Assembly (NCBI GenBank): GCA_013239625.1 | Contig: MU053472.1 | Location: 2,763,822 to 2,827,821 of the forward strand | Direction: 5' to 3' | DNA: 64,000 nt | Source: Lama guanicoe | Taxonomy: Eukaryota | In this document: positions 39,542-52,934 of the stretch, piece after piece | How the letters are laid out: the number at the start of each line of letters is the position of its first letter | Numbering within the stretch: the first letter of the stretch is position 1 | Notes under the pieces: generated by a model | The model's input: only the letters and a program-made list of their open reading frames with translations | Told to the model about the DNA's origin: nothing | Databases searched by the model: none | Translations under genes and position numbers: made by a program

Positions 39542-40408
39542 CCCTTTTGTCTCTCTGAGCAGCATCATGGCAGTCTGCAAGAACAAGCGCCTCACAAAAG
39601 GCAGCAAAAAGGGAGCCAAAAGGCAAACAGTTGATCCATTTTCTAAGAAAGATTGGTAAGATGTGAAACCACCAGCTATATTCAATATAAAAAATATTGA
39701 AAAAACTAGTCATGAGAACTTAAGGAACCAAAATCACATCTGATGGCCTCAAGAATCATGTTTTTGAAGTGTGCTTTGCTGATCTGGAGAATGATGAAGT
39801 TGCATTTAGAAAATTCAAGCTAATTACGGAGAATGTTCAAGGCAAAAACTATCCAAGTAATTTCCATGGCACAGATCTTACCTGTGATAAAATGTGCTGC
39901 ACGGTAAAAAAAAATGGCAGCCCATGACTGATGCTCATGTTGATGTCAAGACTGCGGGTGGTTATTAGCTCTATCTATTCTGTGTTGGTTTTACTTAAAA
40001 ATGCAACAGTCAGATGCAGAAGACCTCACACGCAGCACCAACAGGACTGCCAAATCCAGAAGAAGATGATGAAAATTATATCCCAACAGGTACATACAAA
40101 TGACTTTAAAAAAGTGGCCAATAAATTGATTTCAGATAGTGTTGGAAAAGACATAGAAAAGGTATGCCAATCTAGTAATCTGCCCTATCATGACTTTGAT
40201 AGCAAAGCAAAAATGCTGAATCCCCAAATTTGAATTGGGAAAATTCGTGTATCATGGCGAAGGCAGTGGTTTTGCAAAAGCTACTGGGGATAAGACAGGT
40301 GCTAAAGTTGAACAAGCTGATGGATATGAGCCACCAGTCCAAAAATCTGTTTAAAATTCAGAACTATAAGGGTGATAAATAAAAAATCTTATTTGTGATG
40401 TTACAAAA
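39542..40408 (+). pseudogene. RPS3A: Processed pseudogene of ribosomal protein S3a (eS1)
   Basis: Intronless copy with 5'TOP-like cccttttg, ATG at 39567 ([27 protein letters not shown]), premature TAA at 39657, frameshifts, and the C-terminus [13 protein letters not shown] ending at 40354. AATAAA near 40378, residual A tail, TSD aagactgaa(t/c)att at 39529-39541 and 40409-40421. Confidence 0.96.
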
Positions 40409-40464
40409 AAGACTGAACATTAAGTGATCATGCTTCAGGTAATAGTACATTTTCTCTTAATATT

Positions 40465-41010
40465 TCTTAGTTCATTCAAAGCATCTATTACATAAGCAGG
40501 ATATGTAAGTCAATGCAGGCAGTGTCAAAAATACACACATTTTTGTGGCTTCCTCTCAAGGAGCTTACAAACTCCTGGGAGAAATGAGAAAAGTTCACAA
40601 ATAGTTTTAAAAGAAGGGAGAAAGTGGTAAGTGATACAAGAAAGATACAGCAAGACAATTCTCAGGGATCTGGAAGATTTTTGAGAAGCAAAGGTCCACG
40701 ACCAGAGGAATTTTTCAGTAAATTGTTGTTGTTGCTTTATGCGGAAATAGATTGGGAAAAAAAAAAAAGACTAGTAAAGAGGAGACCTTATTAGGAAGTC
40801 ACCAGAAATGTTCAGAGAAGAGGTGATAAAGGTATGAATCAGTAGTGAGAAGGGAAAAAGATAGGGCAAATATGAAGATACTGTGGAGGCAGAATCAACA
40901 AGCCTTGAAGAATGACTAGATATGAGAGGTAAGGAGGGAGTCAGATTTGAACTCCAAGTGATTAAGAGGATGGTGATATCATTAACAGAAATCATGAACA
41001 AAGGCAAAAA
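40465..41010 (-). mobile_element. L2 fragment
   Basis: ttcattcaaagcatctatt...cctctcaaggagcttaca...ggaggcagaatcaacaagccttgaagaatgactagatatgagagg. Confidence 0.7.
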
Positions 41011-41699
41011 AAGATCATAAAGAGAGTAATTAAGCCTTGCAAGAAATAGTCCACAAAGCACACAACAGCTATCTAGACCTAACTTTTATGAACAATGCTG
41101 TCATTGTTAAAAGTTATAGGAAGCTACATTTATTCATGTCTACCTCCCACAGACATCTAGTAAAAACACGATAGAAAGCCAAGAGCAAAAGGAAGTCAGC
41201 TTAGTGGAAAAATACTGCCTAATCTCAATATTGTGGTCACGAAAATAAATTAGGTACCATAAGGGATCAGAATTCAAATAAATGCATCAATCATCTTTTT
41301 TTCCCTCAGAATATCTATAAAACAAAATCCAGCCATCAGTCAAAACTGAAATTTAGGCAAATACTTAGCTATAAAATTGCTACCTAGTAACAATTTCCTG
41401 GTAAAAGTATATACACACTTTAATCTAGTTGGAGAGCACATGGGAAAGCAACGAGAGCCAAGTATTTTTTTTTACTCTTCCTGCTGATAAGCTTACTCTA
41501 CCAAAGGGATTTGCCTTCAAGAATAAAAAATACATTTCCCACCTCATTTCATTTTACTTAATTTGCTGTTTTAGCTACAGTCAATCCAATTTTTTTTTTT
41601 AACATTTTATTGCTCCTGTCAAACTGGAGGTTTTAAAAAACAAATGCCAACAATTAGGAGATTCCAGCACAAAAATCAGGTAAACTTTTAGGTCTTTAT

Positions 41700-42800
41700 G
41701 AAACTGATTACTATAAAACCTTTTAAATCACAATTGATAAGATATAACTAAAAAGATGTCAGGAAAGTCACGGCTTATCAAATAAAAACCTAGTATCTTT
41801 ATACCATTAATAACTATTTACAAAAATATAATATCCAATTTATGAAAATAAAACCTAAGAGAAAACTAACATTAAAATCACTGGGAAAATAGTGTTGGAA
41901 CAATACATAAATAGCTAATGAGCTGTAGAAGAGAAACTTAGATTCCCATATTGTATGATAGGTAAGAATATTTCAATAGATTAAAGATTTAAAGGTAAAA
42001 ATAAAAACATAAAAATACTAGAGGAAAATGCAGCTGAATATCTACTGCATAATCCTAATGGTTCAGGAAGATAAATTTTAGGCATAACTCCAAAAGGAAA
42101 CATCTAAGATATCAGAATAAAGAAAAAATGTAAACTTATTTATCCAAAAAGCAAAACACAATAAAACACACAACAAACAATACAGAAAAAATACTGTCAG
42201 CGTATGACAAATGGAATCTCCTTAAAAAGTTCTATCAATAAGAAAATGAAAAGATACACTAAATATTTTAAAAATGGGTAAATGAACCAGTTAGATGAAA
42301 GTTTTTTCTTTGTTTTTCTGTAGTTTCAACATTTTATATGATAAACATGCTTTGTAGTCAGAAATAAAATTGTTATTAAAAAAAAGATGTGGAAAATATT
42401 TGATGACACTGAAAAATGTTCACAGTATGTTTTTATATTCAAAACAAGCCACAAAACAATAAATAGAACATGACTCACTCATAAATATTTATAGAGACTG
42501 AAGGAAAAAGGGATTTTTTTAAAAGTACACAAATACCAATTTTCTACAATAAGCTGTATGCAACCATTTTTAGTAAGAACACAATTTTAAAAATCAGTAT
42601 CAAATGTCTATAATATATATGTCAAAGGGGACCCTAAGACTAATATATACAGTATGATTTTAGTTTTTACTAAAAAAAATTATACAAAGAAAACTGTCTA
42701 GAATATGGTGACTATTGTTCTACTTTGGGGAGTACTTGTGTGGGCTTTCACTTTTTGCTTTTAATACTTCTGGAATATTTCAATCTATAAGCACTTACAT
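41700..42800 (+). mobile_element. Old L1 (L1ME-like) ORF2-end/3'UTR fragments
   Basis: aaaacctagtatctttatacc, atagtgttggaacaa, acataaaaatactagaggaaaat; highly degraded. Confidence 0.6.
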
Positions 42801-44379
42801 AATTCGAAAACATGCAAAACTGGAAAAAATAGAAACAAAAAGTGTAAGACAAATCTGCCAGTAGAAACATAAAAAAATGTAAAATCACTGACTTAGAACT
42901 AAAATGACAAAAAATATCCTTTTAAATTGTTGTAAATTTATTTGCACAGTGAAAGTGAAAAACAAAAACAAGAATGTATCACAAAAGTGTATCAAACAGT
43001 TGAGGCATCTTACTTGGCTCTAGCAATATTCCACAGTGTTAAGCAAGAACAAACAAAACCAAAAACCTTTTATTTGCCAAACTTACTTTGCAAGAACTCT
43101 TCTCTGAACAGTGAATTAAAACATTAGCACTGTCTCAGTTAGTTTAAAATGTGGAAAACTGACAACAGCCCCCTCCCCAACTATTCTTCCTCCACGTCCT
43201 TTACCCACAAAACAAATAAATAAAAGTTAAAAATCCTCATACAACCCCTTATCTAAACCTGGGGGAAAGTATGAAGGGATAAATATACTTACATACATTG
43301 AAATCTATAATAAGCCACTAAACTGATGGATACTGGTGAAAAAAACATGAAAGGCAACAAAGAAAGAAAAGAAAAATCAAATGTAGTAGAAAGAAAAAAT
43401 TGTAATCGGTTCTCCACTTTTTTGTTCCATTAACCAGGATGAAAATGTTGCTATATTGTGTTACAGTAGGCAAAGCACTAATTCAAAGTCAGAAAACTGG
43501 GTTGGGTAATGGCTCTGAGAGTGTGTTTCCTATTTAAATCAGGGAAAATATCTTCTACTTCATAGCTGTACTAACACACTTCATTCAAGTGCCTTATTCA
43601 TAGATTTTTTTATTGACTTTAGAAATTTAATAGGGAAGATCACAAAGTTGTCAGGGAGAGGTTGTTTTACTCATTATTTTACTCATTATTTTTTAGTTTG
43701 CATAATCAACTGACATTACATATGACAGTAATTTGGGATAAATTTTTTAAATAAAATGCTCAGAAAGAGTATATAATTTCTGACTAAAGAACATGAAACA
43801 GAAGTGCACATTTTGTTTACTTGATTTTTTAATAGAAGCTAAAATGATATTAGGGAATAAGAAATAGTTTATCCTAAAATAGTGATGGGTAATTATTGGC
43901 TTTACAAGATGAAAACAGCTAACCCTCTTGACCATCAGAGTATTGTGTGCATTCTGGTTTCTACAACTCAAAACTTGCAAAGTAGAGCTAGATAAAGACT
44001 AAGAGCCTTCAAGGTGCAAAAGTTTTCAAGAGCTCAAATTATACATAAAAGATGAAGCACAATTTATTTCTTCATCAAATTCTAGAAGACCTGAGTTTTC
44101 GGAATTTTTAAAAAATTACTGAGCCAGTGTGGGCCTTAGAAAACTTTAACCTGCTAATTCTAAGACAAAACTTATCCCTGTAGGTTCTCAGCATGAGTAT
44201 ATGCTCTTGCCTGAGGAGAGACAACTTTTGTATATTTGACAAGCCCATCACTTCCCCTTTCTAAATTCTTTTCAACAATTTCTTACATTATATGATGTCA
44301 AGATCAACTACCATCTCATTCCCCCTTCTAGAATAATTTTAGTTTGTTCTATCCTATTAAAAATGTTATTACAGTAAGT

Positions 44380-46575
44380 TTTCCACTTCAAGATGACCAA
44401 ATAAGACCTTTGCCCCCGTGCCAGATTAAAGATGGGTGCAAACTCTTGCTTACTGCTCTCATTGAGAGGTGGGTCTAATTCCCCTCCCTGAGTCTGGGCA
44501 GGCTTTAGTGATCTACTTGGCCAACATAAAGTGGTAAAGTGACTGGGATTTCCAAGATAACGTCACAAGAAACCTTGTAGCTTCCAGCGACGTTCTTTCA
44601 GAACATTTGTTTCTTAGAACTCAGGTGCTACGAGGAAGCCCAAGAAGCCCCACGAAGAGTAATTTGAGGTCCCAAAACAACAGCCCAACTGAACTCCAAA
44701 CCAACAGCCAGAATCAACCTGTTCATCATGTAAGTAAACCTTGGAAGAAGATCTTCCAATTTATAGTCAAGCCATTTTGCCCAAACTGCACATCTGTGAG
44801 CAATATAAACTATTCTTGTTTCAGACCACTAAACACTAGGGTGGTTTATTACTCAGCAGTAGATAACTGGAATATGCCTTATCTTAATGACACCAAAACA
44901 TAGAAAATAGGAACATGAACTCTGTCTTTGATGAAACTAGCATTAATAAATGAAGAGAGATGCAGATAGAAGAAAAGATTATACCTGAAAGCCTGCAGTG
45001 GAGGACATGGAAGAGAAGTAATTTGTACTACAGAACTCCAAAACTGGGATAGGGCTGAAAACAAGGAGACTATATAAGAAGTACTCAGCACAGCCAGACA
45101 ACTTCCTCCCCTAGTCCCAAAGAAGACATCAAGCATAGCCTCCGGACACAGTGAACCGAAAGTTCTGGGCTCAGGACATTTTTGCGCAGGTATTCACAGA
45201 CTGGACACAAAGTAGGTTAAATGAAAGGCTACACATTAAAGGAGATCTCTAACTCACCTTCACAGGCTAGGTTTAGAATGTCAGCAGCAAGGTTTATATT
45301 CCCTAGGCAAGAAATTAGAGGATCCACCTCTAGAGAAAATGAACCATCCCAAAGGAAAGATGCACAGGAGCTGATAAACAGAGGTTCCAATAAACCCAGT
45401 GGTCTGCTACTCCTACACCTTGTGTCCACATACATACTTTCCATTCAGCTTTTATGTGCCTTATTCTTATATATAAACAGATGAACAAGGATCACCAGGT
45501 TTTGAGGAAAGATTTCAACAGAAGACAGAACAGACAAAGGAGAAACAAATAAGAAAACAAATGCCTGGAGTAACAGAAAACTTGAAGAAACAAAAAATCT
45601 TCAAAAAGATAAGCCATCTTTTGGAAGTATAATACAAATTGATTTTTGAAAATAAATATCTATCAGTGGAAAAATATTTTAATACTAGGTTTAGAAGATA
45701 AAGTTGAAGAAATTGCATACAAAGTAAAATGAGTAAGTATTAGCAGCAAAATGATAAAAAAATTAAAATAATGGGTGTTGGAGTCCCCATATCAAAATAA
45801 TGATAATTCCAGAAAGCAAGAGTAGAGACCAAAGAGGGTAAACTTACACAGAAAAAATACAAGAACGTTTCCCAAAACTAAGGGACTCTAGGTTGACAAG
45901 TTTCCTGACTGCCTAGCAGAATATATTTTAAAAAGATCCATACTTCAGATAATGAAATCTAAAAGCTTTCAGAGAAAAAAATAAAACCACCAAAAGGACT
46001 ACCTATAAAGAGGGCTCACCATGGCATGAGGTAAACTACTATCAACACTAGAAGCTTGAAGATGACTGGGAAATGCCTTCCAATCTTAAGTTAAAAAGTG
46101 ATTTCAACTTAGAATCCTATATTCATTTAATTGATTAAAAGTGAATGAACACAGTATTTTAAGAATTTTCCTTCTAATCATCCTTTCTCAGAAAGCCACT
46201 GCAGAATATATTCAACTAAAATGAGGGAGTAAATCCAGAAAGAGGAAGGTAAGGGTCCCAAATCAAGAGGGAAGCACCCATGCAGAGGGCCAAGAGAACA
46301 CCAAATACAGACTGGAGTGGGAGCATGGAGGAATCCAAAATGATGACTCCAAAAATCAATCAACCGATCAATCTATCAATCAATCAAATAAAAGTGATAT
46401 GAACTTAAATGTGTTGCCAAGTGGCAAGTGATGTTGAGAAGTGTTTTACAGAGCTGGATGAAGGAAGAGGAGAGATTGAAGAAACCATGCCAATGAAAAA
46501 TTATTAATTCTAAACCAAAAAACTTTCTTAAAAAAAGGAAAATAATCATAGTATTATTAGTTGGCTTACCAGAAA
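44380..46575 (+). mobile_element. HAL1/ancient L1 5'UTR-ORF1 relic, interrupted by the MLT1
   Basis: ttccacttcaagatg start; ORF1-like gaagataaagttgaagaaatt, aatgccttcc...cttagaatcctatattca, cctttctcagaaagccactg; no ORF2 follows. Confidence 0.65.
44419..44874 (+). mobile_element. MLT1 (ERVL-MaLR) solo LTR
   Basis: Starts tgccagattaaagatgg...attgagaggtgggtctaattcccctccc and ends ccactaaacactagggtggtttattactcagcagtagataactggaata. Confidence 0.8.
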
Positions 46576-48185
46576 ACAATACTTATACCTGCTTGGTATC
46601 TAATCATAGCATAAAGATTTAAAGCTGCATGCCATCCTACACTGACTCTACTTCAATTTGCTGATTTTACATAGGTGAAAAAAGTTTTTAATGTGTTAAA
46701 TGCCATGCACTAATTAGTGTCACAAATGACAGAGTTATCCCAAATGACGGTACTTAACCATCTATGTCTACAGATGGACACAGTTTCAGTAAATGGAATT
46801 TACCAGTAATGCTGGCATTCTGAGTTCTGGTTCCAGCTCTACTTCTAAGCATGTAAAATTAAGGAGGTAACAATTTCTAGCTCTGCAGTTTTCTATAAAA
46901 TTAGAAGAATGGTACCTTTCCATACTACTTGAGAGTTAACATTAGGCTCAAATTAGAGACTGGATTTTAAAAAGCATTAAAAATAATTTAAAAGTATTAT
47001 TGGTATTACTAGTAATAATTATTAGCATTAATATAAACATTATGATGTGAGGAGGACAGGCACAGTATCTGGTGAAGACAAAGCAGATTCAAGGACAACT
47101 TGCCTCTTTCCATACCGAGCAGTTGTCCATAGCTCTTCAGTTCATTTGTTTTATATTTGGCTATTCTATATTTATATTTGAAAGTTGTATTTTCAATTAA
47201 AAACCATAACTATGCTTAGGTGATTTCCATTTAATAATGCTTTTTTTAAAAAGCTCATCTGTCACTAAAAAGTACATATTTGTTCCTCTCTAGGGTAGGA
47301 GGTTTTGGGTCCCAAATTCCACTGAAAAGAAAACTATGAACTCCTTCCTCAAAATAATTTATGCATACTTATGTGGGCGCATGCACTTACAGACACACAA
47401 TAATAAGACAATTTCTTAAACATTTCATAGAGTAATGGTCAAATTTCAAGAGGGAGATGTATTTTTTATATATATTCTTTCAAAAATCTCTCCTTTAAAT
47501 CCTTTATTTATGTCTATGCTGATTTCTACTGTCATCCCTACGATGGAGACTCAATCAGTTAATAATGTTCTCAGGAATTTTCCTACAAAGAAAAAAAACA
47601 CCTATTTTGTAACATTAAGATACAGGTTGATATATAGTTTGTGCTCAGGTATAAAAAGGACTTGGCCTTTCTCCCCCAGAACAAAGGATAAGTTTATCTT
47701 AATTGTCCTTTCTTAATTGGGAGTTAAATTTCTTCTAAACCACAGTGAACTGTTTTGTTATTTTTTTAAGTAATCAATTAAAATTAATTATTTTTTTAAA
47801 ATTAACTTAAGTAAGAAGTTCTCTTATTTTGGACTACAGCCTGGCCTGCCTATTTATCCCCCTTACTTATTCAGTGGTCTGTTTGATAACACTTGCAAAC
47901 ACATAATGGACAAACAGTGTTTAGCTCCTTAACCTCACTGGCTAGAGGAATTTACCTGGGTTTAGTCTGAGTTGTCTTGTCGACTCTTTCTGTATTTCTC
48001 TATTCTAAGATCATGATTATAATCACTTTTATATTTCAGCTTTTCGAAATCTTTTATACCAAACCATGTATGATTTTGATTTCACACTGACAGTTTTCTT
48101 CTTCAGAGTAACTACTGACAATTTTACCTTAATCATAACCTCTTTAAGGGATAATTATTCTATTTTTTTCCCCCACTGATCTTAC

Positions 48186-48317
48186 TTGTGCAGCCTCTGC
48201 ATGTTCCAGCATCTCTTCAAATTCCTGATACTCTTCATCATCTGGTTCAGCACCTGAGAGGCGAGCTGCTCTGGCCATGAAATATGGAGGCAGCTCTCCG
48301 ATTGCTGTACCGATACC
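48186..48317 (-). CDS. VMP1: VMP1 coding exon (exon 7 equivalent, 132 nt)
   Basis: Translates as [44 protein letters not shown]. Acceptor ggtttttaacag, donor GTAAG. Confidence 0.98.
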
Positions 48318-48689
48318 CTGTTAAAAACCAAAGTACTACATGAGATTCTCTTCTCAACACAGCGATGCTAAACAAATCAAATCTGTATTTGTCAGTTCTC
48401 ACCAAAAAGCATGCTAACATGCATGTATTAGGGAGGAGAAGCTATCCTATATAATCAGGAGGATATGAGTTTGAATCCTGACCAGAATACTAACCTATGC
48501 AATGCCAGGCTAGATAACATACATGAAAGTCTTAGACAATCCCTGGTACATTGCAGATACTAAATTAATGTTAATTGTCAAGCATCTCTACTTACAGCCT
48601 CTGTTGTTATTATTTTTCACATACCTTTTCCTTTTACTAATTTTAGAAATAACATATGCTTTTCTAGACTTTTGACATGTTATGACATC

Positions 48690-48988
48690 TTTTTTTAATT
48701 GAAGTATAATTGATTTACAATATGATATTAGTTTCAGGTATAAAACAGTGCTTCAGAGTTTTTACAGATTATATTTCATTTAAAGTTACTATAAAATATT
48801 GATTATTTTCCCTGTGCTATACAATGTATCTTTGTAGCTTACTTATTTTATGCATAGTAGTTTGTACCTCTTAATCCCCTATAGCTCTCTTGTTCCCTCC
48901 TCCCCAATGGTAACCACTATTTTGTTCTCTATATCTGAGAATCTGTTCCTCAGACATATTCTCTCGTTTGTTTTATTCTTTAGATTTT
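48690..48988 (-). mobile_element. L1 3' end followed by (CA)n
   Basis: ttttaattgaagtataattgatttacaatatg...ggtaaccactattttgttctctatatctgagaatctg. Confidence 0.85.
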
Positions 48989-49814
48989 GTGCACACACAC
49001 ACACACATACACACACACAGTTATTTTTGTCATCCCCATTTTCAAATATTCAAATGATTTGCTAATGAGCATTCACTAGGATAGCTGTTAAGATACATAT
49101 TTTCTAGGAAATCTTCTGGTATTTAGGCTGTTGCTTTAATCCCAATATAACATTTTTTGTGCAGAATTAAAGCTTTTAACAAACTGTGGTCAGGAAGCCA
49201 CTAGAAATCTTAACATAGGATGGATAAATTTTCACCACAGGAAAAATGTTGATTTCCTCAGGACACTGAGTGACTCATGTTTCAGTCACTTTGTGGATTC
49301 TTGTTTTTGAAGATAATTTTTTTTTCAATTAACTTAGGACAAAAGGATGAAAACAAAGGTAAAAGAATCAGGAACTTGGCTTGGTCTTAAATGGCTTACA
49401 TACAGGATAGATAATAATACAAGGGGCCTATAGTCTCTAAGAAAATTCTTAACTTTGAGCCATCCTTCTCTGTTCTGAATTATAGTGAATAAAAAAGCTT
49501 TGCTCATTTTCAGAAGCAACTTTAGGCCTTTCTATTTGCTCTGTCCTATGACTCTACCTGCAAATGCATTGACAAGAATCCCCAAGGAACATTATCAAAT
49601 TCAAATATTTCACGATCAATGTTATTTTTCAGCATGTGGAATCCCAAGCGTAACTCCATTACCCACATGTGAATCAGGTGTTATAATTAAGTTCCAGAAG
49701 AATAAGACTATATTTAAAGAACAGAGAGAAGAGGAGACACATATACATAGAAGGATATGAAAATAAAATTCAAATCATATTTTGCTAAACAAGAAGAGTT
49801 AATGTTAGTCACCT

Positions 49815-50450
49815 TTGGAAGATGTTAAAGAACCAACTAATTATTTAAAAAACTGGTAAATAAAGAGAAATAATCAATTATTTACCCTGTCTTAACCTAT
49901 ACAAAAGATATCTCAGGGTAACCAAATTGGTGATAAGGAGACGTTTCTATTTATATTGCACTTTGTGATAGAAACACACAAGACTATAAAGTGCATTCTT
50001 GTCAAAAAAAATTGTTTTCCAAGCCTCTTAATCCAGCTATCAATTCACAGGAAAAAGAGAAACATTTAAACTACACCAAAATACAATCAGTAAAAATCAA
50101 CTATGGAAAACTGTACTTGACAAACAATCCAGTTTCATCAACAAATACATCTGAAAAGAAAAAAGAGAAATAAACACAATCAGAAAAATCTGGACACTCA
50201 TCAGGTAACTGAAGAAACGCTTCCTAATTTCTCTTAGGTGTGACAATGTCCTCAGGTTGATATATTTACAGATGAGGTATGATAATGTTATCTGGGATAT
50301 GCTTCAAGATAATTGTGAGCAGAGTGAGGAGGGGTCTAGATAAAACAGTATTAGCCAGGAGTTAATATTAGCTGAAGTTGGTTGATAATATTTTGAATTA
50401 ATTATATAATTTCCTATACTTAAAAATTTTTTTCATAACAAAAAGTAGGA
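49815..50450 (+). mobile_element. Old L1 (L1MC-like) 3'UTR
   Basis: ttggaagatgttaaagaaccaactaattatttaaaaaactggtaaataaa...atctgggatatgcttcaagataatt. Confidence 0.7.
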
Positions 50451-51209
50451 AGAAAAATTAAATGCAACATTTCATTCAAAACATAAACTTCTCTTAAAAG
50501 CTATTAAGTCAAATGCTCAATAGTTCTGAAAACAATCATATGATTCAAACTCATGACAAATTTCCTTCAAGGTAAAAAGGAAGTAGTAATGTATTGAGAT
50601 GAAATCAAGAGCTACGTACTATCTTAGCTGATCATATTCATTGTTATATTTTAATTCTGCTCATGTTTTCCCATATTAGCAAGGAATAAGAATGGTGATC
50701 ACGGGCCAGGGTTCTATTTTCTACACACACAAATAAAATAAAATAAAAGGAAAATATAATCATCCAGACAGGTTCCTCAAAATACATTATAGTCTAGACA
50801 CAGAAGTTTAGTCAGTTATCTCAAATTAGATACTGAAGTTGTTACAAAACAATTTTATAATTCTTGCAAACAAAATCAATACAAAAAAAAAAAAACTAAA
50901 CTGTGGAATACTAAAAACTGTCAGCCTAAGTTTAATTAAGGGAAAGAGATGACTGGCTTTATTATTGTAAAAGAAAGACAATTTGTATTTAGTCAAGCAA
51001 TAATTCATAAAACTCTTCTAAAAACTATCTGCTGTGTATCAATTTATTAACCCTGAGGTCCCTGCTTCTTGAATTGGAGAAGACTTTAATATGCAACAAA
51101 ATATACAAAATCAAAAGATAAAAAGTATTTTTCTGGAATGTCAATTTTATTCAAAGATTTGGGGGAGGAGAAAAATCCTGAACTGTTATGCTTTTAAAAA
51201 GTTTTGTCA

Positions 51210-51403
51210 TATATAAAATAGATAAACAACAAGTTTATATTGTATACCACAGGGAACTATATTCAATATCTTGTAGCAACTTAAGGTTAAAAAGACTATG
51301 AAACTGAATATACGTATTTTCCTGTATGACTCAAGTATTGTGCTGTACACCAGAAACTGACACAACATTGTAAACTGACTATACTTCAATAAAAATATAT
51401 TTT
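51210..51403 (+). mobile_element. 5'-truncated L1 3' end with TSD
   Basis: acagggaactatattcaatatcttgtag...gctgtacaccagaaactgacacaacattgtaaactgactatacttcaataaa. TSD aaaagttttgtca at 51197-51209 and 51404-51416. Confidence 0.9.
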
Positions 51404-51797
51404 AAAAGTTTTGTCAAGTGAATTCACAAGTAAATCACCAGCATCTTGCTTTTTCTGTTAGGAATCCTAAATTAAATGGTAAAAATCTGGAGAGGAGACA
51501 TTTTTATATATGCTGACCACTCAGAAATTACAGCAGTTTGGTATTATCAGTGTGTTAATGATCTTTAAAAAACAAAATCATTTTTCTACTAATTATTCCA
51601 ACTAAAAACATGAGACAGAAGTTAAAAGCAAAAGTTTGCAGGGTAACTTGCAACCATTGAGAAATTCAGGGCTCTTACAGTAATGTTTAAAAAAACAAGT
51701 ATACCAACTCTAGTAAAATTATCAGACAGTTTTGCAAACAAGAAAAAAGAGAAAATATGCTTCCGATTTCCTTTAAGATCAGTTTTAAAGCGGCTTC

Positions 51798-52175
51798 AGG
51801 AAGGGATGAAGTTCTGACACATACTACAACATGGATGAAACCTGAAACATGCTAGGTGAAATAAGCCAGTCACAGATGGACAGATACTGTATGATTCCAT
51901 TTAGATGAGGTATCAAGAATAGGAAAATTCATAGAGGGAGAAAGTAGAGAGGTTACCAGGAACTGGGGAGAGGAGGGAATGGGGAGTTACTGTTTAATGG
52001 GTACAGAGTTGCTGTTTGGAGATGACAAAAAAGTTCTTGAAGTGGATATTCACAATGGTTACACAACACTGTGAATGTATTTAATGCCAGCAAATTGTGC
52101 ACTTAGAAATGGTTAAATGGTAAACTATGTTATAAGTATTTTACCATAATAGAAAAACAAAAACAAAAACAAAAC
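51798..52175 (+). mobile_element. L1MB-like 3'UTR
   Basis: ctacaacatggatgaaacctgaaacatgctaggtgaaataagccagtcaca...ggggagttactgtttaatgggtacagagtt...ttttaccataat. Confidence 0.85.
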
Positions 52176-52464
52176 CATGAACTTAACAAGGATCCTTAGA
52201 TATCCACTGAAACACTGCTATTTCACGGAAATCTTCTCTGAATCACAGACTAGGAAAAATTTTTATGTTATGCAGATTTCTCCTTCATGACACTTATCAC
52301 TGTTTGTTTAAATATTTATATGTATATTTTTAAATGATACTTATATATATCTTTTCCCATAATTATTTCCCTTACTAAGATGCAAAGTTCCATGAGGGTA
52401 GAGACCATTAAGTTTTGATCAGCCTGAATCTCCAATGTTTGTATGCTTAATATTATTGAATTTA

Positions 52465-52497
<33 letters not shown>
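52465..52497. repeat. (ATT)n microsatellite
   Basis: Direct reading. Confidence 0.95.
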
Positions 52498-52584
52498 GGA
52501 ATTCATAAATGAAAAGAAAGTTTTTGAAGCCCTGCACTAGTAATATAGCCAAATTGTGAAAGATCAAAAAGATACAAGCTTGTT

Positions 52585-52685
52585 GGGGAGGGTACAGCTC
52601 AGTGGTAGAGTGCGTGCTTAGCATGCATGAGGTCCTGGGTTCAATCCCCAGTACCTCTCTTTTTTTTTTTTTTAAAATAAAAAAG
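52585..52685 (+). mobile_element. tRNA-Ala-derived SINE (Vic-1-like)
   Basis: ggggagggtacagctcagtggtagagtgcgtgcttagcatgcatgaggtcctgggttcaatccccagtacctc. Confidence 0.93.
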
Positions 52686-52844
52686 CCTTTAATAAATTGC
52701 ATTAAGGGTTCTCCAGAGGATCAAAACAGGGTAGATAAAGAGACAGAAAGACTTAGATAATAGACAGGTATTTATTTTACGTATTTAAAAAAAATATATA
52801 ATGGTATGTATCTCTTCATCCCATATTTCTAATAAGTAAGGGCA

Positions 52845-52932
52845 TTATTTTTTAATGGAGGTACTGGGGAATTGAACCCAGGACCTTGCACATGCTAAGC
52901 ACATGGTCTACCACTAAGCTATAACGACCCCC
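52845..52932 (-). mobile_element. tRNA-Ala-derived SINE (Vic-1-like)
   Basis: ggaggtactggggaattgaacccaggaccttgcacatgctaagcacatggtctaccactaagctata. Confidence 0.9.
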
Positions 52933-52934
52933 TA

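Noticed and set aside
39931..40233. 100-aa ORF as an expressed retrogene
   Set aside because: It is a frameshift chimera within the RPS3A pseudogene: an out-of-frame N-terminus with a degenerate RPS3A middle, downstream of premature stops.
52585..52657. Functional tRNA-Ala(AGC) genes (this and the similar copies)
   Set aside because: They have altered acceptor stems, SINE-specific 3' extensions and tails, and several have TSDs. They are SINEs.
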